From: Ylistrum balloti
Taxonomy: Eukaryota
Assembly: GCF_031769215.1 (NCBI RefSeq)
Contig: NW_026782484.1
Location: forward strand, 1,240,001 to 1,304,000
Direction of reading: 5' to 3'
Length of the DNA: 64,000 bases
This document shows, one piece after another, positions 13,111 through 25,420 of this stretch. The first letter of the stretch is position 1; each line of letters starts with the position of its first letter. Below the pieces are notes generated by a model. That model worked only from the letters and a program-made list of their open reading frames with translations. It made no database searches and was not told the DNA's origin. The translations under genes and the position numbers were made by a program.

Positions 13111-14569
13111 AAGGAAAATGCTAAGTGATTGAACAAAAAGGCAAAATCTAGACGGGGAGGAGCTATCCCATAATTCAAGAAATTTGGTACTTTTCATATA
13201 CACGTATTAGAAAATTTGAGAAACGCAAAGTACAATTGTATATTCTGAAATGTGCCACTATTTGATTGAATTTAAATGTAGCATGCAGGTTATGGTTTTT
13301 GCAATGACTTCACAAATATATAAATAAAATCGAATATCATTTACATCATAATAGCAGTAATGTACACATTAAGTAAGATTATGTTTATCCACCTTGTCAT
13401 CATTATCAGGTCATGTCAAGTCTCTTGAACCTGACATCTAAAAAGGCTACTAATAATACATTAACAAGCAGGCCATGGCCCTTGCAGTCATCTGACAGAC
13501 CACAGAATTTCCTGATGGTGCTCTAACCAGTCTGATGAATTCAAATTTTGAACATTCTTGGAAAGTGTTTGAAACTTATAAATGGTAGGCTCTGTGAATG
13601 AAAAACAGTTGCACAATCATGTTTAAAAAATGGTTACTGTGGCAACCATATTAAAGTTTTGACCAGACTGAAAAATAACAACATATCTGTTTCTTTTCCT
13701 TGACAAATTAAACTCAAAAATATTAAGTAGTTCAGACTATTTGTTCAAGATGAGTTACATTGGATATTTGACCAAACCTAAAAACAAGATTTGTTCAAGA
13801 CAATCTCTTGAGCACTTCATGCATGTCTGATATTGGAGGAAATCCACCCACTAAGGAATTAAGAAGGAGTAGCATTTTGTAGCAAAATATTGCTTTACTT
13901 CCCATTTTGGGGTTCTGTCCCAAGTCCCAAGGGGTCCCTGGGGATTGAATCAACTTTCTGACTTTAAGAAATAATTACCCACCCGTAATGATGTTTCAGA
14001 CCAAAGCTGATTCAAATCTACCCAGACATTGAGAAGGAGTAGCATTTTATTAAAAGCAACATGTAGTTTAACTTCCCATTTCTGGGACTGCCCCTAAACC
14101 CATAGGGAATAAATTTTCTGAATTCAAGAATTGTTTCAGACAAAATTTTAATAGCATCCAATCAAGCATTATTGAAGGGTAGCTTATTGGAGCAAAGTAT
14201 CGTCTGACTTCCCTTTTGGGGTTTCAATCCCCAGCTCTCTAGGAGTCGAAGCAACTTTCTGAATTTAAGAAATTATTTTCCACCCCCAATGACATTTCAA
14301 GGTAAATTTGGTTGAAAGCTTTGCTGGCCTTAAGTAGGAGTAGTGTTTTAAATGAAAAGTTTATGTAAAGCAAATGGTGAATGGCAACGGATGACACATG
14401 ATAGCAATACCCTAAGGGTTAAGATGACCTTAAAACAATCAGTAAGGACTGACACAATGTATAAACACAAACATACCAACAGATTCCAGCATTTTCTCCA
14501 AAAGTTATTCATTACATTAAAGTCATACAAGACACTATTAAAATGTGAAATGCTAAATATTGGCCATCA

Positions 14570-17500
14570 TTAACTGGAGCTGTTTGCTGGAGTGTACAAC
14601 TTCATAACATTGTCCTTTATGGTTTGGTACTCTGCTTCATCCAGCTGTGCTTCCCGGATGGTATCGTTGATAGACTCTTCTGTAAGTCCTCCATACAACT
14701 CAGATACTGAAATAGTAAATAGAATGATATATCCAGGTTACACTGACCTCTGGAAGATTTTAAAGGGGTATTTCAAACAAATCAATGTTGTGTAAAACAT
14801 TTTTTTTTACTAATGACTTGCCACAACCTTTGTTCAGAAACCCTATTTATTTTTTGTTTTTTTATTTCTCATACCTGAAATTTCCTGAATGAATAAAAAG
14901 TTCTTTTGACTAATCTAAGGAAACTGCCTAATGTATTTGCCAGTGATGCTATAATCCATCCTAAATTGAAGCAACAAAACATCCTGTGATTCTAATATAT
15001 AAAGGAAAAAAGGGCAGAAAATATCATTTTATTGAACAACATAAACTTGTTTCCATTGGCAGTGTGATACAATGTGCACATATTTAGGTACCAACAATGC
15101 TTCCTGTTACATGTACACATATTAGGGTGACTGACTACAGGTGTTTCCTGTTACATTTAGGGTGACTGTCCACGACTGTTTTCTGTTACATGTATATATG
15201 AGTATATATAGATACTGTTTCCTGTTACATGTACACATGTTAGGGAGACTGACTACGACTGTTTCCTGTTACATGTACACATATTAGGGTGACTAACTAC
15301 AGGTGTTTCCTGTTACATGTACACATGTTAGGGTGACTTGCTACAGGTGTTTCCTGTTACCTGTACACATATTAGGGTGACTGACTACAGGTGTTTCCTG
15401 TTACATGTACACATATTAGGGTGACTGACTACAGGTGTTTCCTGTTACATGTACACATATTAGGGTGACTGTCCACGACTGTTTTCTGTTACATGTATAT
15501 ATGAGTATATATAGAGTGACTGACCACGACTGTTTCCTGTTACATGTACACATATTACGGTGACTGACTACAGGTGTTTCCTGTTACATGTACACATATT
15601 AGGGTGACTGACTACGACTGTTTCCTGTTACATGTACACATATTAGGGTGACTGACTACAGGTGTTTCCTGCTACATGTACACATATTAGGGTGACTGAC
15701 TACAGGTGTTTCCTGTTACATGTACACATATTAGGGTGACTGACTACAGGTGTTTCCTGTTACATGTACACATGTTAGGGTGACTGACTACAGGTGTTTC
15801 CTGTTACATGTACACATATTAGGGTGACTGACTACAGGTGTTTCCTGTTACATGTACACATATTAGGGTGACTGTCCACGACTGTTTTCTGTTACATGTA
15901 TATATGAGTATATATAGAGTGACTGACCACGACTGTTTCCTGTTACATGTACACATGTTAGGGTGACTGACTACAGGTGTTTCCTGTTACATGTACACAT
16001 GTTAGGGTGACTGACTACATGTGTTTCCTGATACATGTACACATGTTAGGGTGACTTGCTACAGGTGTTTCCTGTTACATGTACACATGTTAGGGTGACT
16101 GACTACAGGTGTTTCCTGTTACATGTACACATGTTAGGGTGACTGACTACAGGTGTTTCCTGTTACATGTACACATGTTAGGGTGACTGACTACAGGTGT
16201 TTCCTGTTACATGTACACATGTTAGGGTGACTGACTACAGGTGTTTCCTGTTACATGTACACATATTAGGGTGACTGACTACAGGTGTTTCCTGTTACAT
16301 TTAGGGTGACTGTCCACGACTGTTTTCTGTTACATGTATATATGAGTATATATAGAGTGACTGACCACGACTGTTTCCTGTTACATGTACACATGTTAGG
16401 GTGACTAACTACAGGTGTTTCCTGTTACATGTACACATATTAGGGTGACTGACTACGACTGTTTCCTGTTACATGTACACATATTAGGGTGACTAACTAC
16501 AGGTGTTTCCTGTTACATGTACACATGTTAGGGTGACTTGCTACAGGTGTTTCCTGTTACCTGTACACATATTAGGGTGACTGACTACAGGTGTTTCCTG
16601 TTACATGTACACATATTAGGGTGACTGTCCACGACTGTTTTCTGTTACATGTATATATGAGTATATATACTACAGGTGTTTCCTGTTACATGTACACATA
16701 TTAGGGTGACTCACTACAGGTGTTTCCTGTTACATGTACACATATTAGGGTGACTGACTATTTTACATGTACACATATTAGGGTGACTGACTACAGGTGT
16801 TTTCTGTTACATGTTACATGTACACATATTAGGTTTCCTGTGAGTGACTGACTACAGGTGTTTCCTGTTACATGTACACATATTAGGGTGAGTGACTACA
16901 GGTATTTCCTGTTACATGTACACATGTTAGGGAGACTGACTACGACTGTTTCCTGTTACATGTACACATATTAGGGTGACTGACTACGACTGTTTTCTGT
17001 TACATGTACACATATTAGGGTGACTGACTACGACTGTTTTCTGTTACATGTACACATATTAGGGTGACTGACTACGACTGTTTTCTGTTACATGTACACA
17101 TATTAAAGTGACTGACTACGACTGTTTCCTGTTACATGTACACATATTAGGATGACTGACTACAGGTGTTTCCTGTTACATGTACACATATTAGGGTGAC
17201 TGTCCACGACTGTTTTCTGTTACATGTATATATGAGTATATATAGAGTGACTGACTACAGTTTACCACTGTTTTGGAGAAGAGTTTCTGACATACCTTTA
17301 ATTGGTAGGTGTCCTGCTAGCTCTACCACGGCCACATTAAAACATGCCTCTTCCTTTACACCTGGCAAAGGACAGCAGCAGATTGAAACCAGGTAAATTA
17401 GGTCAATTCTCTAAAGCAATTCATAATGACATGATTCATATTTGAAGATTTCTTGATCACACCTAATTTCATTTAAAATAGATGGATCTTAATTCAATAT

Positions 17501-20500
17501 ATATTACAGTAAGTTAGATGAAAATGACGGAAGATGTTTTTGATTAAACAAGAAAACTTTTAAACCCATCAAAAATATCACTTTGTGTACCTATAAACTT
17601 TTTCCTTGGCCACAGAAATAACCTGACAGTCCTATTGCGACTGGTTTTGTCTTCCCCAAACACAGTGCCTCGGGTTATAAACAGGTTGTGGGCTACCTCA
17701 GACCTCTGCATGTAATCTGCCACTAGATAAATCACCCTGAAGTAAAGATGATAAGGCTAGCAATATAACCAGTATCAATTTATGTGCGAGAGAAATAAAA
17801 AAGCAACTCTACCACTTATCTGTGTATATCAGTGACAGTACTAACCTAGAGACTTCTTCTATTGTTGATCCATGTAACTGGAACACAAATCCCTTTGTTG
17901 GCATCACCTCCAATTCATATAAGATTCCCTTCAGGTGTTTCACAGGCTGTCAAAACAATAATTCAATTAGAGCATTTCTAATAATGTTTACAGCAACTCA
18001 ATGAAATATATAACAGCTTTTTTTTTTCTCCCCAAAAACCTATCATCCAAAGAAGTCATGCAATGAACTATGAATTTTATTATTTATGTCATTTTCAATG
18101 TTCTAATTGTTTCATGCATTTAAGCCATCTATGAAAATAAGAACCTTACAGTAAACAGATTTCATCATATAAATTTTAAGGATTCCATTTATATTTTCAC
18201 AGCATTTCACCATAATACATATGATAAAAGTGACACCCCAAAGCTGTTTACTCATATCATAAACTGTACGTCAAGACAATTACTTACACAGGATTCAACA
18301 AACAATTCCTGTTCCAGGTAGTAGGCATGGAGATGTTGATGATTGACGGATGCAAATGCACAAAGACTGTTGAACCCCAAACGGAAGCCACTATGGAAAT
18401 CAAACAGACAATACAAACTAGTTTGAAAAAAAAAACAAAATAGACAAAAAAACAATACTAAGATATCCTTTTTCAAAAAAACTATTTAAATTGTATTAAA
18501 ATGGTTAAACCATATTCAAATTAAAGCATATTTATTGTATAAACACTATATACTATATGAACAGTATATATGTATATACTGGCAACACACTAGACTTGTA
18601 CTGATATCTACTGACAACACACAAGACTTGTACTGATGTCTACTGACAACACACAAGACTGACAACACACTAGACATGTACTGATATCTACTGACAACAC
18701 ACTAGACTTGTACTGATGTCTACTGACTACACAATAGAGTTGTACTGATATCTACTGACAACACACTACACTTGTACTGATATCAACTGACAACACACAA
18801 GACTTGCTCTGATATCTACTGACAACACACAAGACTTGCTCTGATGTCTACTGCCAACACACTAGACCCATACTTACTGATGTCCACTTAACAGAAGAGT
18901 CTCCATAGCTAATTGTATTGCACTCTCTGTCAACATCTGAAGAAAACAAAGATCCAAATGAATAGAAACATTTCCTAGATGTAACAATCTTTCAGGCCGT
19001 TGAATGTTTTACTGATCCAATCCATACATTCTTTAATCACAATTAATATAGGAAATATATTTTTATTAATATTCATCATATTGGGACGAAGTATTTATTT
19101 GTAGTTATATGAAAGCAATTTAGCAATATATGAAAAATGTATTAAAAATTCTGGTTATTTCATAATTTTCTTTTCATCCAAATCGTTACTGAGTTAACAG
19201 AGAAAATCAGTGTCATGCCATCGGATAATTTATTGTTTTTCAATAAGTTTGTGGCCAGCATTGTTATTTGATTATCTCGTCCATCAGATGGATGTGCTAT
19301 AAAAACTCACCTGTGGTTTGAAGGAGTAAACGTCTGGTACTAGGAGGACATGGCCATACTCTAAAGGGCTAATGTTTATTATAACCAGATTCTGTGGCTG
19401 AAATGGCAACAGACAAAAGAAAACATTAACAAGTTCATAATGCATGAAATAGTCCAATATAGATTTATCTTTACTTTGGTCATCTGAGACAGTTTCAGGC
19501 GACCAAAGGTTAATGTCTTTTGTCACTGTCATTGTGCGTTGTCCTGCATCAACTGTGCATTTGTAAACAATTTATATTTTCAACTTCTGAATACCCTTTA
19601 ACCAAGTTTAATGAAGTTTTGCAGAAATCTTCCATGGCAAGGGATGAACCAAATTTGTGAAATATATTGTCCCCACTCTCAAGGGACCTTAAGGATGGGA
19701 CTAAATGGGGTCAAATTGACTCAAATGTCAAAAATCTCCTCTAAAGAAATCACATCCTTTGTACAGAAGGATGGGTCTTCAGGTGCTGTAATAAAACTGT
19801 GAATTTCATGACCCCAGGATCTCATATTTCCTCCTGAAGAGGGATTAAAGTTTACTTTAGATCATATTAGGAAATGACATTTCTGAGCAGACTTTGTTCA
19901 ATTTCCAATGGAAATAATTCAAACTTGATTAGAATAACTAATGACATATTGACATATTATTTGTGGTTTACCTTTACCCTATGTAACTCATTATTTAATC
20001 TGTGTGTATCAAGAGTTCTTTACCCTGTGTGACACTAAAGTTTGTCCAGTACCTAATTTTATGCTGTGACACACTGATTGTTCTGTACCTAACTTTATCC
20101 TGTATGACACACTGTTTACCCTGTATGACACAATGTTTACCCTGTATGACACAGTTTACCCTGTATGACACACTGTTTACCCTGTATGACACACTGTTTA
20201 CCCTGTATGACACACTGCTTACCCTGTATGACACACTGATCATCTTGTACCTAATTTTACCCTGTGTAACACACTGATCATCTTGTACCTAATTTTAACC
20301 TGTGTAACACACTGATTATCTTGTACCTAATTTTACCCTGTGTAACACACTGATCATCTTGTACCTAATTTTACCCTGTGTAACACACTGATCATCTTGT
20401 ACCTAATTTTACCCTGTGTAACACACTGATTATCTTGTACCTAATTTAACTCAGTGTAACACACTAATTATCTTGTACCTAATTTAACTCAGTGCAACAC

Positions 20501-22784
20501 ACTAGTAATTATCTTGTACCTAATTTTACCTTGTGTAACACACTAATTATCTTGCACTTAATTTAACTCAGTGCAACACACTGATTAGCTTGTACCTTAA
20601 TCTTCCTAGGTGTCTACACACTATCCTGTACTTACAGCATCATCCTCTGTATCATCACACATTTCCCCCTCCACACTTGTTGTATCAGGAGGACTTTCAG
20701 TCTTTCTATCCAACAAGAACAACACCTCATCAGGCTTTATACGGGAAAAATTGAAGAGGTTAAGGTTAAATGGCTGATTTACGATGGTGATCTCTTGGGG
20801 TTTCCTTCGCTCTGTGGCCCTTTTGACATTAAGCTAAAAATGATCAGAACAGGAAACATTACTGTATGTTATCAGAGTACAACAAACGTCAGCATAACTC
20901 TTCAAGTAAGTATATTTAGTATACCATAAAAGGCAGATAACAATGTTCTGATGAACGTCAAATTTACCTGTTTGATTGTTAGTTTACATAATGATCATTA
21001 GCATAACAAAGTTTTTCTTTGTGATATAATTGTGTAACATCTCTTCAAACACCTCTGATATACATCAAATGTAGAACTCTATGGGTGACCTACAATATTA
21101 CATCACTTCCTCTCTATTTTTTCCAATGTACAATGGATATGATGAGATTGTGAGTTTTTAGTGGAGAATACATCATTATAGCTCAATGGCTCTATGCAGA
21201 ACATTAAAAGTTACAAAAAGATTACATCACATTCATTTTCTCAATAAATTTATTGAAACCTAACATGTTTATATAAATCATACCAGATGTTAACTGTTCT
21301 TTCTGAGCATTGTATTGATAAGACAAAATCTTTCCCTACAGCAATGATTTGTAAAATAAATGGCAACTTTAATTTTCTGTAAAAGACTTTTTGAAACTTT
21401 GATTGCTGACTTGAAACAATCCTCCAGACAGACGATCAAAAAGTTAGATTTCTCTGTCATATATTGGAACTGGAAGGAATTTTTATTGGTTATTCAAAGT
21501 AACATTATTGACCCAGATAATTATCTTGTAGTAATCAAGTAATCATCACCTGAGCTACATATCTTTTCTCCCCTGGAATGATTTTAGTTTCCACCTTGTC
21601 CAGGTGATACCTAAAGTGTCCATTCTTCATACATTCATCCCACTTTCCTCTCAGCAGTTTGTCAAACTGGAAAAAATAGGAGATCAGACAAGTTGTACAG
21701 AGGCCAAATAAAATTTAATAGAATATTAACATATACTGTTAATTACATCATGATGGATATACATGCTGTTGTACTTGCCTCACTGAGATGATACTCCTTG
21801 TCATCCCAATGTTTAGTGTCTGTAGTCAAATCTTTATCATCGTAATGGAAAGAATCCAGATCCTAATAACAAAAGAAAAACATTTCAATTCATAATCACA
21901 AAAAGTCATATATTGGTGTAGTATTGTATTGTGAAGCTCAGAGTGTGGTTCTTCTAGTTACAAATTTTCTTTACCTGATCCAACCAGAGACTATAAGATA
22001 TTGTTCCAATATCAGATTTGCACACTACCAAAATGAATGGCTGTAGTAGAAGTATGTGTACTTGTGAATGGAGAGACACAATAACTGGAAGTGTCACATG
22101 GTTGTCATGCCAGTATTTATCTAACACAAGACCACTTTTTCTGCCTTTACAATCAGAGAACATTGTCAACAAAGCAAATTTTGGTATTCCTTTGTCAAGT
22201 ACATTACCATGCAGAACTTGAAACAACAGTCAGAAAAACTACAGTACTACAAATTGTCAGAGGCCACACATTCAAACTCAGGACCTCATTATGCATAATT
22301 ATAGACGTTTTAGGAAAGATCATTTGTTGCTTTCCTGAAGTACAGATTTTACTACATGTACAATATATTTAACTCTCATTTGCGCTGATTGAATAAAATG
22401 TACATTTTGTTGTTAGGGCGCTAATTTAGTTATCCTGTGGTGATTACTAGGGTCATTAAGTACACAAGACGTCAGGCTGATAAATCTTCATTTATAAATG
22501 TACCAACACAAATCTCTTTATCCATGTCAATAATTTTTTAGATACGAGATTTAAACACATATTGAACAATGATCACAAACAGGAACGTTTATCCAACATG
22601 AAGCTGTTTTTTATGAAACGACAACAATTAAAAAATATCACAATCAACAGTGCGTTAGCCGGTTAGCTGCCACTCCCTGACTTGAAATAGAAAGGCCAGA
22701 ACCATCACAAAATCTTGTAATTAACATTCATTATTCTAATTAAATAAATTGCTATCACACCTTAAATCCGTTTGTTGTTTGCAT
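14570..22784 (-). CDS. GDPGP1: GDP-D-glucose phosphorylase 1 (HIT superfamily, VTC2-like), 373 aa
   Basis: Exons 22784-22761 (first exon less certain), 21862-21779, 21666-21550, 20833-20636, 19397-19311, 18936-18878, 18390-18288, 17946-17846, 17736-17591, 17361-17296, 14706-14570 join in frame (1122 nt). Motifs: [40 protein letters not shown] (HIT HxHxH), [25 protein letters not shown]. Intron 21778-21667 is GC-AG. Confidence 0.93.
15101..17260. repeat. 44-bp minisatellite array (~2.15 kb) in the last GDPGP1 intron
   Basis: Unit gtttcctgttacatgtacacatattagggtgactgactacaggt, with a recurring variant monomer at 15168, 15471, 15874, 16312, 16627 and 17202. Confidence 0.97.
18577..18870. repeat. 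32-bp tandem repeat in a GDPGP1 intron
   Basis: Unit tactgacaacacactagacttgtactgatatc, about 8-9 copies. Confidence 0.9.
20020..20600. repeat. Compound tandem repeat (21-bp unit grading into a 38-bp unit)
   Basis: tttaccctgtatgacacactg copies followed by atcatcttgtacctaattttaccctgtgtaacacactg copies. Confidence 0.9.
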
Positions 22785-23249
22785 AGCTATAACTGATTGA
22801 AAGTGAAGCACACGTGTACAGAGATGTCGCTGTCAAGTCAAAACAAACACAAACAAGTCTGATCTCAGTCCGTGTTGCGTTTGAAATGTACATCTAAATC
22901 ACTAAATTGAATAATTATAATATCCGGAATCCACTCATCTTTTCACAAAATAACACACTTGCTACAAATATTTAAGTTTCTTTAAAACTTATGTGTATTT
23001 GTCTTTTGTTTGTTTTTGTTTTTTTATTCATGTAGTTAGTTCATCGCATACGACATTTTTATTAAAGCATAGCATATGATTTTAAACGCAGCTGTATCAG
23101 CAGAATACTTTTCTGAAGGAACGATAAATGATTTTTCGAACATTTAATATAAACACGATTTAATATGATATCCAATGGACGCAGGATCTCTGTCCATATC
23201 AGTCAAATGACTTTAATTCAAATAGTTTAATAGCAACTTCAAGAGTCGA

Positions 23250-23790
23250 AGTATCATAATCTTCAATAGAAACTAGAAAGTTATTTTTCATAAGTGCATT
23301 GTTCATCCAATCTTATTTTAAACTGTTAAAAAACATATGATGAGTCTACACATAATATTGCGGAGTTGTTCCATATACATTTTTTTATCAATATTTGCGT
23401 TGACAAAATTTCCCTCCGAAATTCGGTGTTACAACATTTAAAAGATATTTTGTGAGTGTGTCCTCTTGCCCTGTCGTTACTATCCACGACCGATGTAATT
23501 GATTTTATTCGGATCCATAAGCTCGACATGTCTCTAGGTTATATGGCACGAGTGTTTCATTATTTGACCATCTAACTACTAGGTAGCTATAGGTAGCGCT
23601 AGAGAAAGAATCTTCGAGCGAGTCCGTTAATACTGCTTGCTTTGTTTCCGATAAGTTGAAAGTGTGTTGTGAAGTTGAAATCTCCATCCACTGTTAGTCT
23701 GATGTACTTACTGGTATACATGGGGCTTGCGCACCTCCCAATGTAAACTTTAACATTTTTTTTCGATCACTGTGGATGTTCTTCAGTCGC
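23250..23790 (-). mobile_element. Decayed CR1/L2-clade LINE 3' fragment (RT C-terminus)
   Basis: The minus frame with stops reads LTVDGDFNFTTHFQLIGNKASSINGLARRFF ... RARGHTHKISFKCCNTEFRREILS...IWNN...FKIRLDEQ. This resembles the CR1-type C-terminus (KANxILGLIRR; TRGHxxKL...R..FF...WN.L...FK.RLD). Confidence 0.7.
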
Positions 23791-24090
23791 CTCCTAGGTT
23801 TCACATTTTGCAACTTAGCATCACTGACGAGTCCTAGAAGAATGAAACAGCTTTATGGTGCAGTTTAATGTTTCGCTCTACTGTAACTGTATATTGTCTG
23901 TGTTTTAACTTGTGTTATTCACTTATATGTCTTTCGTAAATTCTTAATTTCCGGATGCAATCATTTCTCTTAATCTTCGATATAACTGATGAAACTTCAA
24001 ACTTCTAATGGTGGATTTCAGGAATCACTCATCTGACCAGGCTTGAAGTAAAACCTTTCGTAAAACGTTCTCGATATTCCTTTTATATAT
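23790..24090 (+). mobile_element. Penelope-like/retrozyme relic with degenerate hammerhead motif
   Basis: agcatcaCTGACGAgtcc-tagaa-gaatGAAACagct at 23817-23852; shares flanks with the copy near 13050. Extent approximate. Confidence 0.45.
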
Positions 24091-24728
24091 ATATATATAT
24101 AACTTCTGGAATTCCTAGTTGTCTCGTATCTCGTTTATACAAACAATAAAAGGTTATCGGACCTAGTGCAGTCTCTTGCGTAACGATGTCACTAATGGAT
24201 ATGTATCACACGTATCTCCTTTTGTATTCAGTTCGTACATGCATGCATCGTTTAATACTTTTACGATATTATATGAAAAATGACGAGTTAAAACAAAGGC
24301 GATATTGGTTCTGTTTTTGACAAAGCATACTTAATTTAACTTGTCAAAATCTCCAGTAGAAACTAACTCTCGGTTGTCAAAAACAACATATTTTTCTACC
24401 TAATAATCGTGTCATAACATTAACTCCATATGAAAGACAGTTCGTTGCGAGGCAGAGCCAGAGATATCTGATTTGTACAGAACGTTCGCACGTGTACTAT
24501 GCAGCTAGTGCGGGCTGATATCCATGTTGTAATTTAAATGTCTACACCACCTTTTATTTCTTTCCAAGAAATACCTTTTAATTTGTATACGAGATTCTTA
24601 TATGCGGGCACTATACGTAACATTATCATTTATGTTTTGATTTTTAGGTTGAAATTGGTTAATTGAAATCCTTCAAATTCTGAAAGTCTGTCGAGTAAAC
24701 AAACATGGTGTTATCTTTGGAAGCTTAT

Positions 24729-24778
24729 TATGACGTCATAGTCAGCAATTGATTAATGCAACTTATGACGTCATAAGT
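24729..24778. promoter_or_regulatory. Two palindromic CRE (TGACGTCA) sites
   Basis: TATGACGTCATA at 24729-24740 and the perfect 18-bp palindrome ACTTATGACGTCATAAGT at 24761-24778, 35 bp apart, followed by TAGTATAAT near 24800. Confidence 0.7.
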
Positions 24779-24817
24779 GTAGTCAATGGGTAATAGGCCT
24801 AGTATAATCCCGCAACC

Positions 24818-25420
24818 ATGCTGCATATGACCCAACAACAAGCTATGGAAGTAACGATGGTGGCGAAACAGATGCTCAATGAGCATTCCTACACATGCAA
24901 ACAGTCCCCTGAATCGGCAGGATGCAAGGTGTCTTCACCAAACATGCATTTGTCCTTTCCCATAGTAATACACGTGAATGAGCGAGAGGGCGTTGATCCT
25001 AGCACGGGTTTCCCCCGTCGGACTTACTACGTGCCTTGCCACCGAGGAGATCTGCTGTATCCACACTGGTTACACAGTTTGTTGGATCGCGAACTTAAGT
25101 TCTACACCTCGTTAGATAATGAGGCGACACATGCGGCTAGTATGTTCCGAGAGGGACAGTTGTTGATGCAGAAACTGAGGTCTATATCTGCGAAGTTTTC
25201 GTGGGATCCAAAGAACCCAGTTGGACTGAAACTGTCATTGGCTGAAAACCATGGAAATTGTCGCCTGCCACAGCGAAGACGACAGAAGGGTCTATTGGCT
25301 GATTGTGTGTTCTTAGACAATAAAAGTGATTGTGTCGCCATCCAAGGTATGTTTGAAAACAATAGTGCCGATTGCTATAGTTGGCGTACTCATGTGTGTA
25401 ATAATGCGGAAATCCAATAA
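24818..25420 (+). CDS. Orphan ORF, 200 aa (or first exon ending at 25346 of a spliced gene); unknown product
   Basis: Longest non-repetitive single ORF in the window, in AT-rich DNA. Good start context (gcaaccATG), upstream CRE/TATA-like sites and a strong internal donor AAG|GTATGT at 25346/25347. No family recognised. Confidence 0.5.
   Translation: MLHMTQQQAMEVTMVAKQMLNEHSYTCKQSPESAGCKVSSPNMHLSFPIVIHVNEREGVDPSTGFPRRTYYVPCHRGDLLYPHWLHSLLDRELKFYTSLDNEATHAASMFREGQLLMQKLRSISAKFSWDPKNPVGLKLSLAENHGNCRLPQRRRQKGLLADCVFLDNKSDCVAIQGMFENNSADCYSWRTHVCNNAEIQ

Noticed and set aside
15101-17260. CRISPR-like appearance of the regular arrays
   Set aside because: Units are head-to-tail with no unique spacers, the context is eukaryotic introns, and there are no cas genes.
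23326-23687. Initially read as viral genes divergent from the 24818 ORF
   Set aside because: A single frame with stops matches a CR1-type LINE RT C-terminus; the 60-aa ORF in the track is an off-frame artefact.
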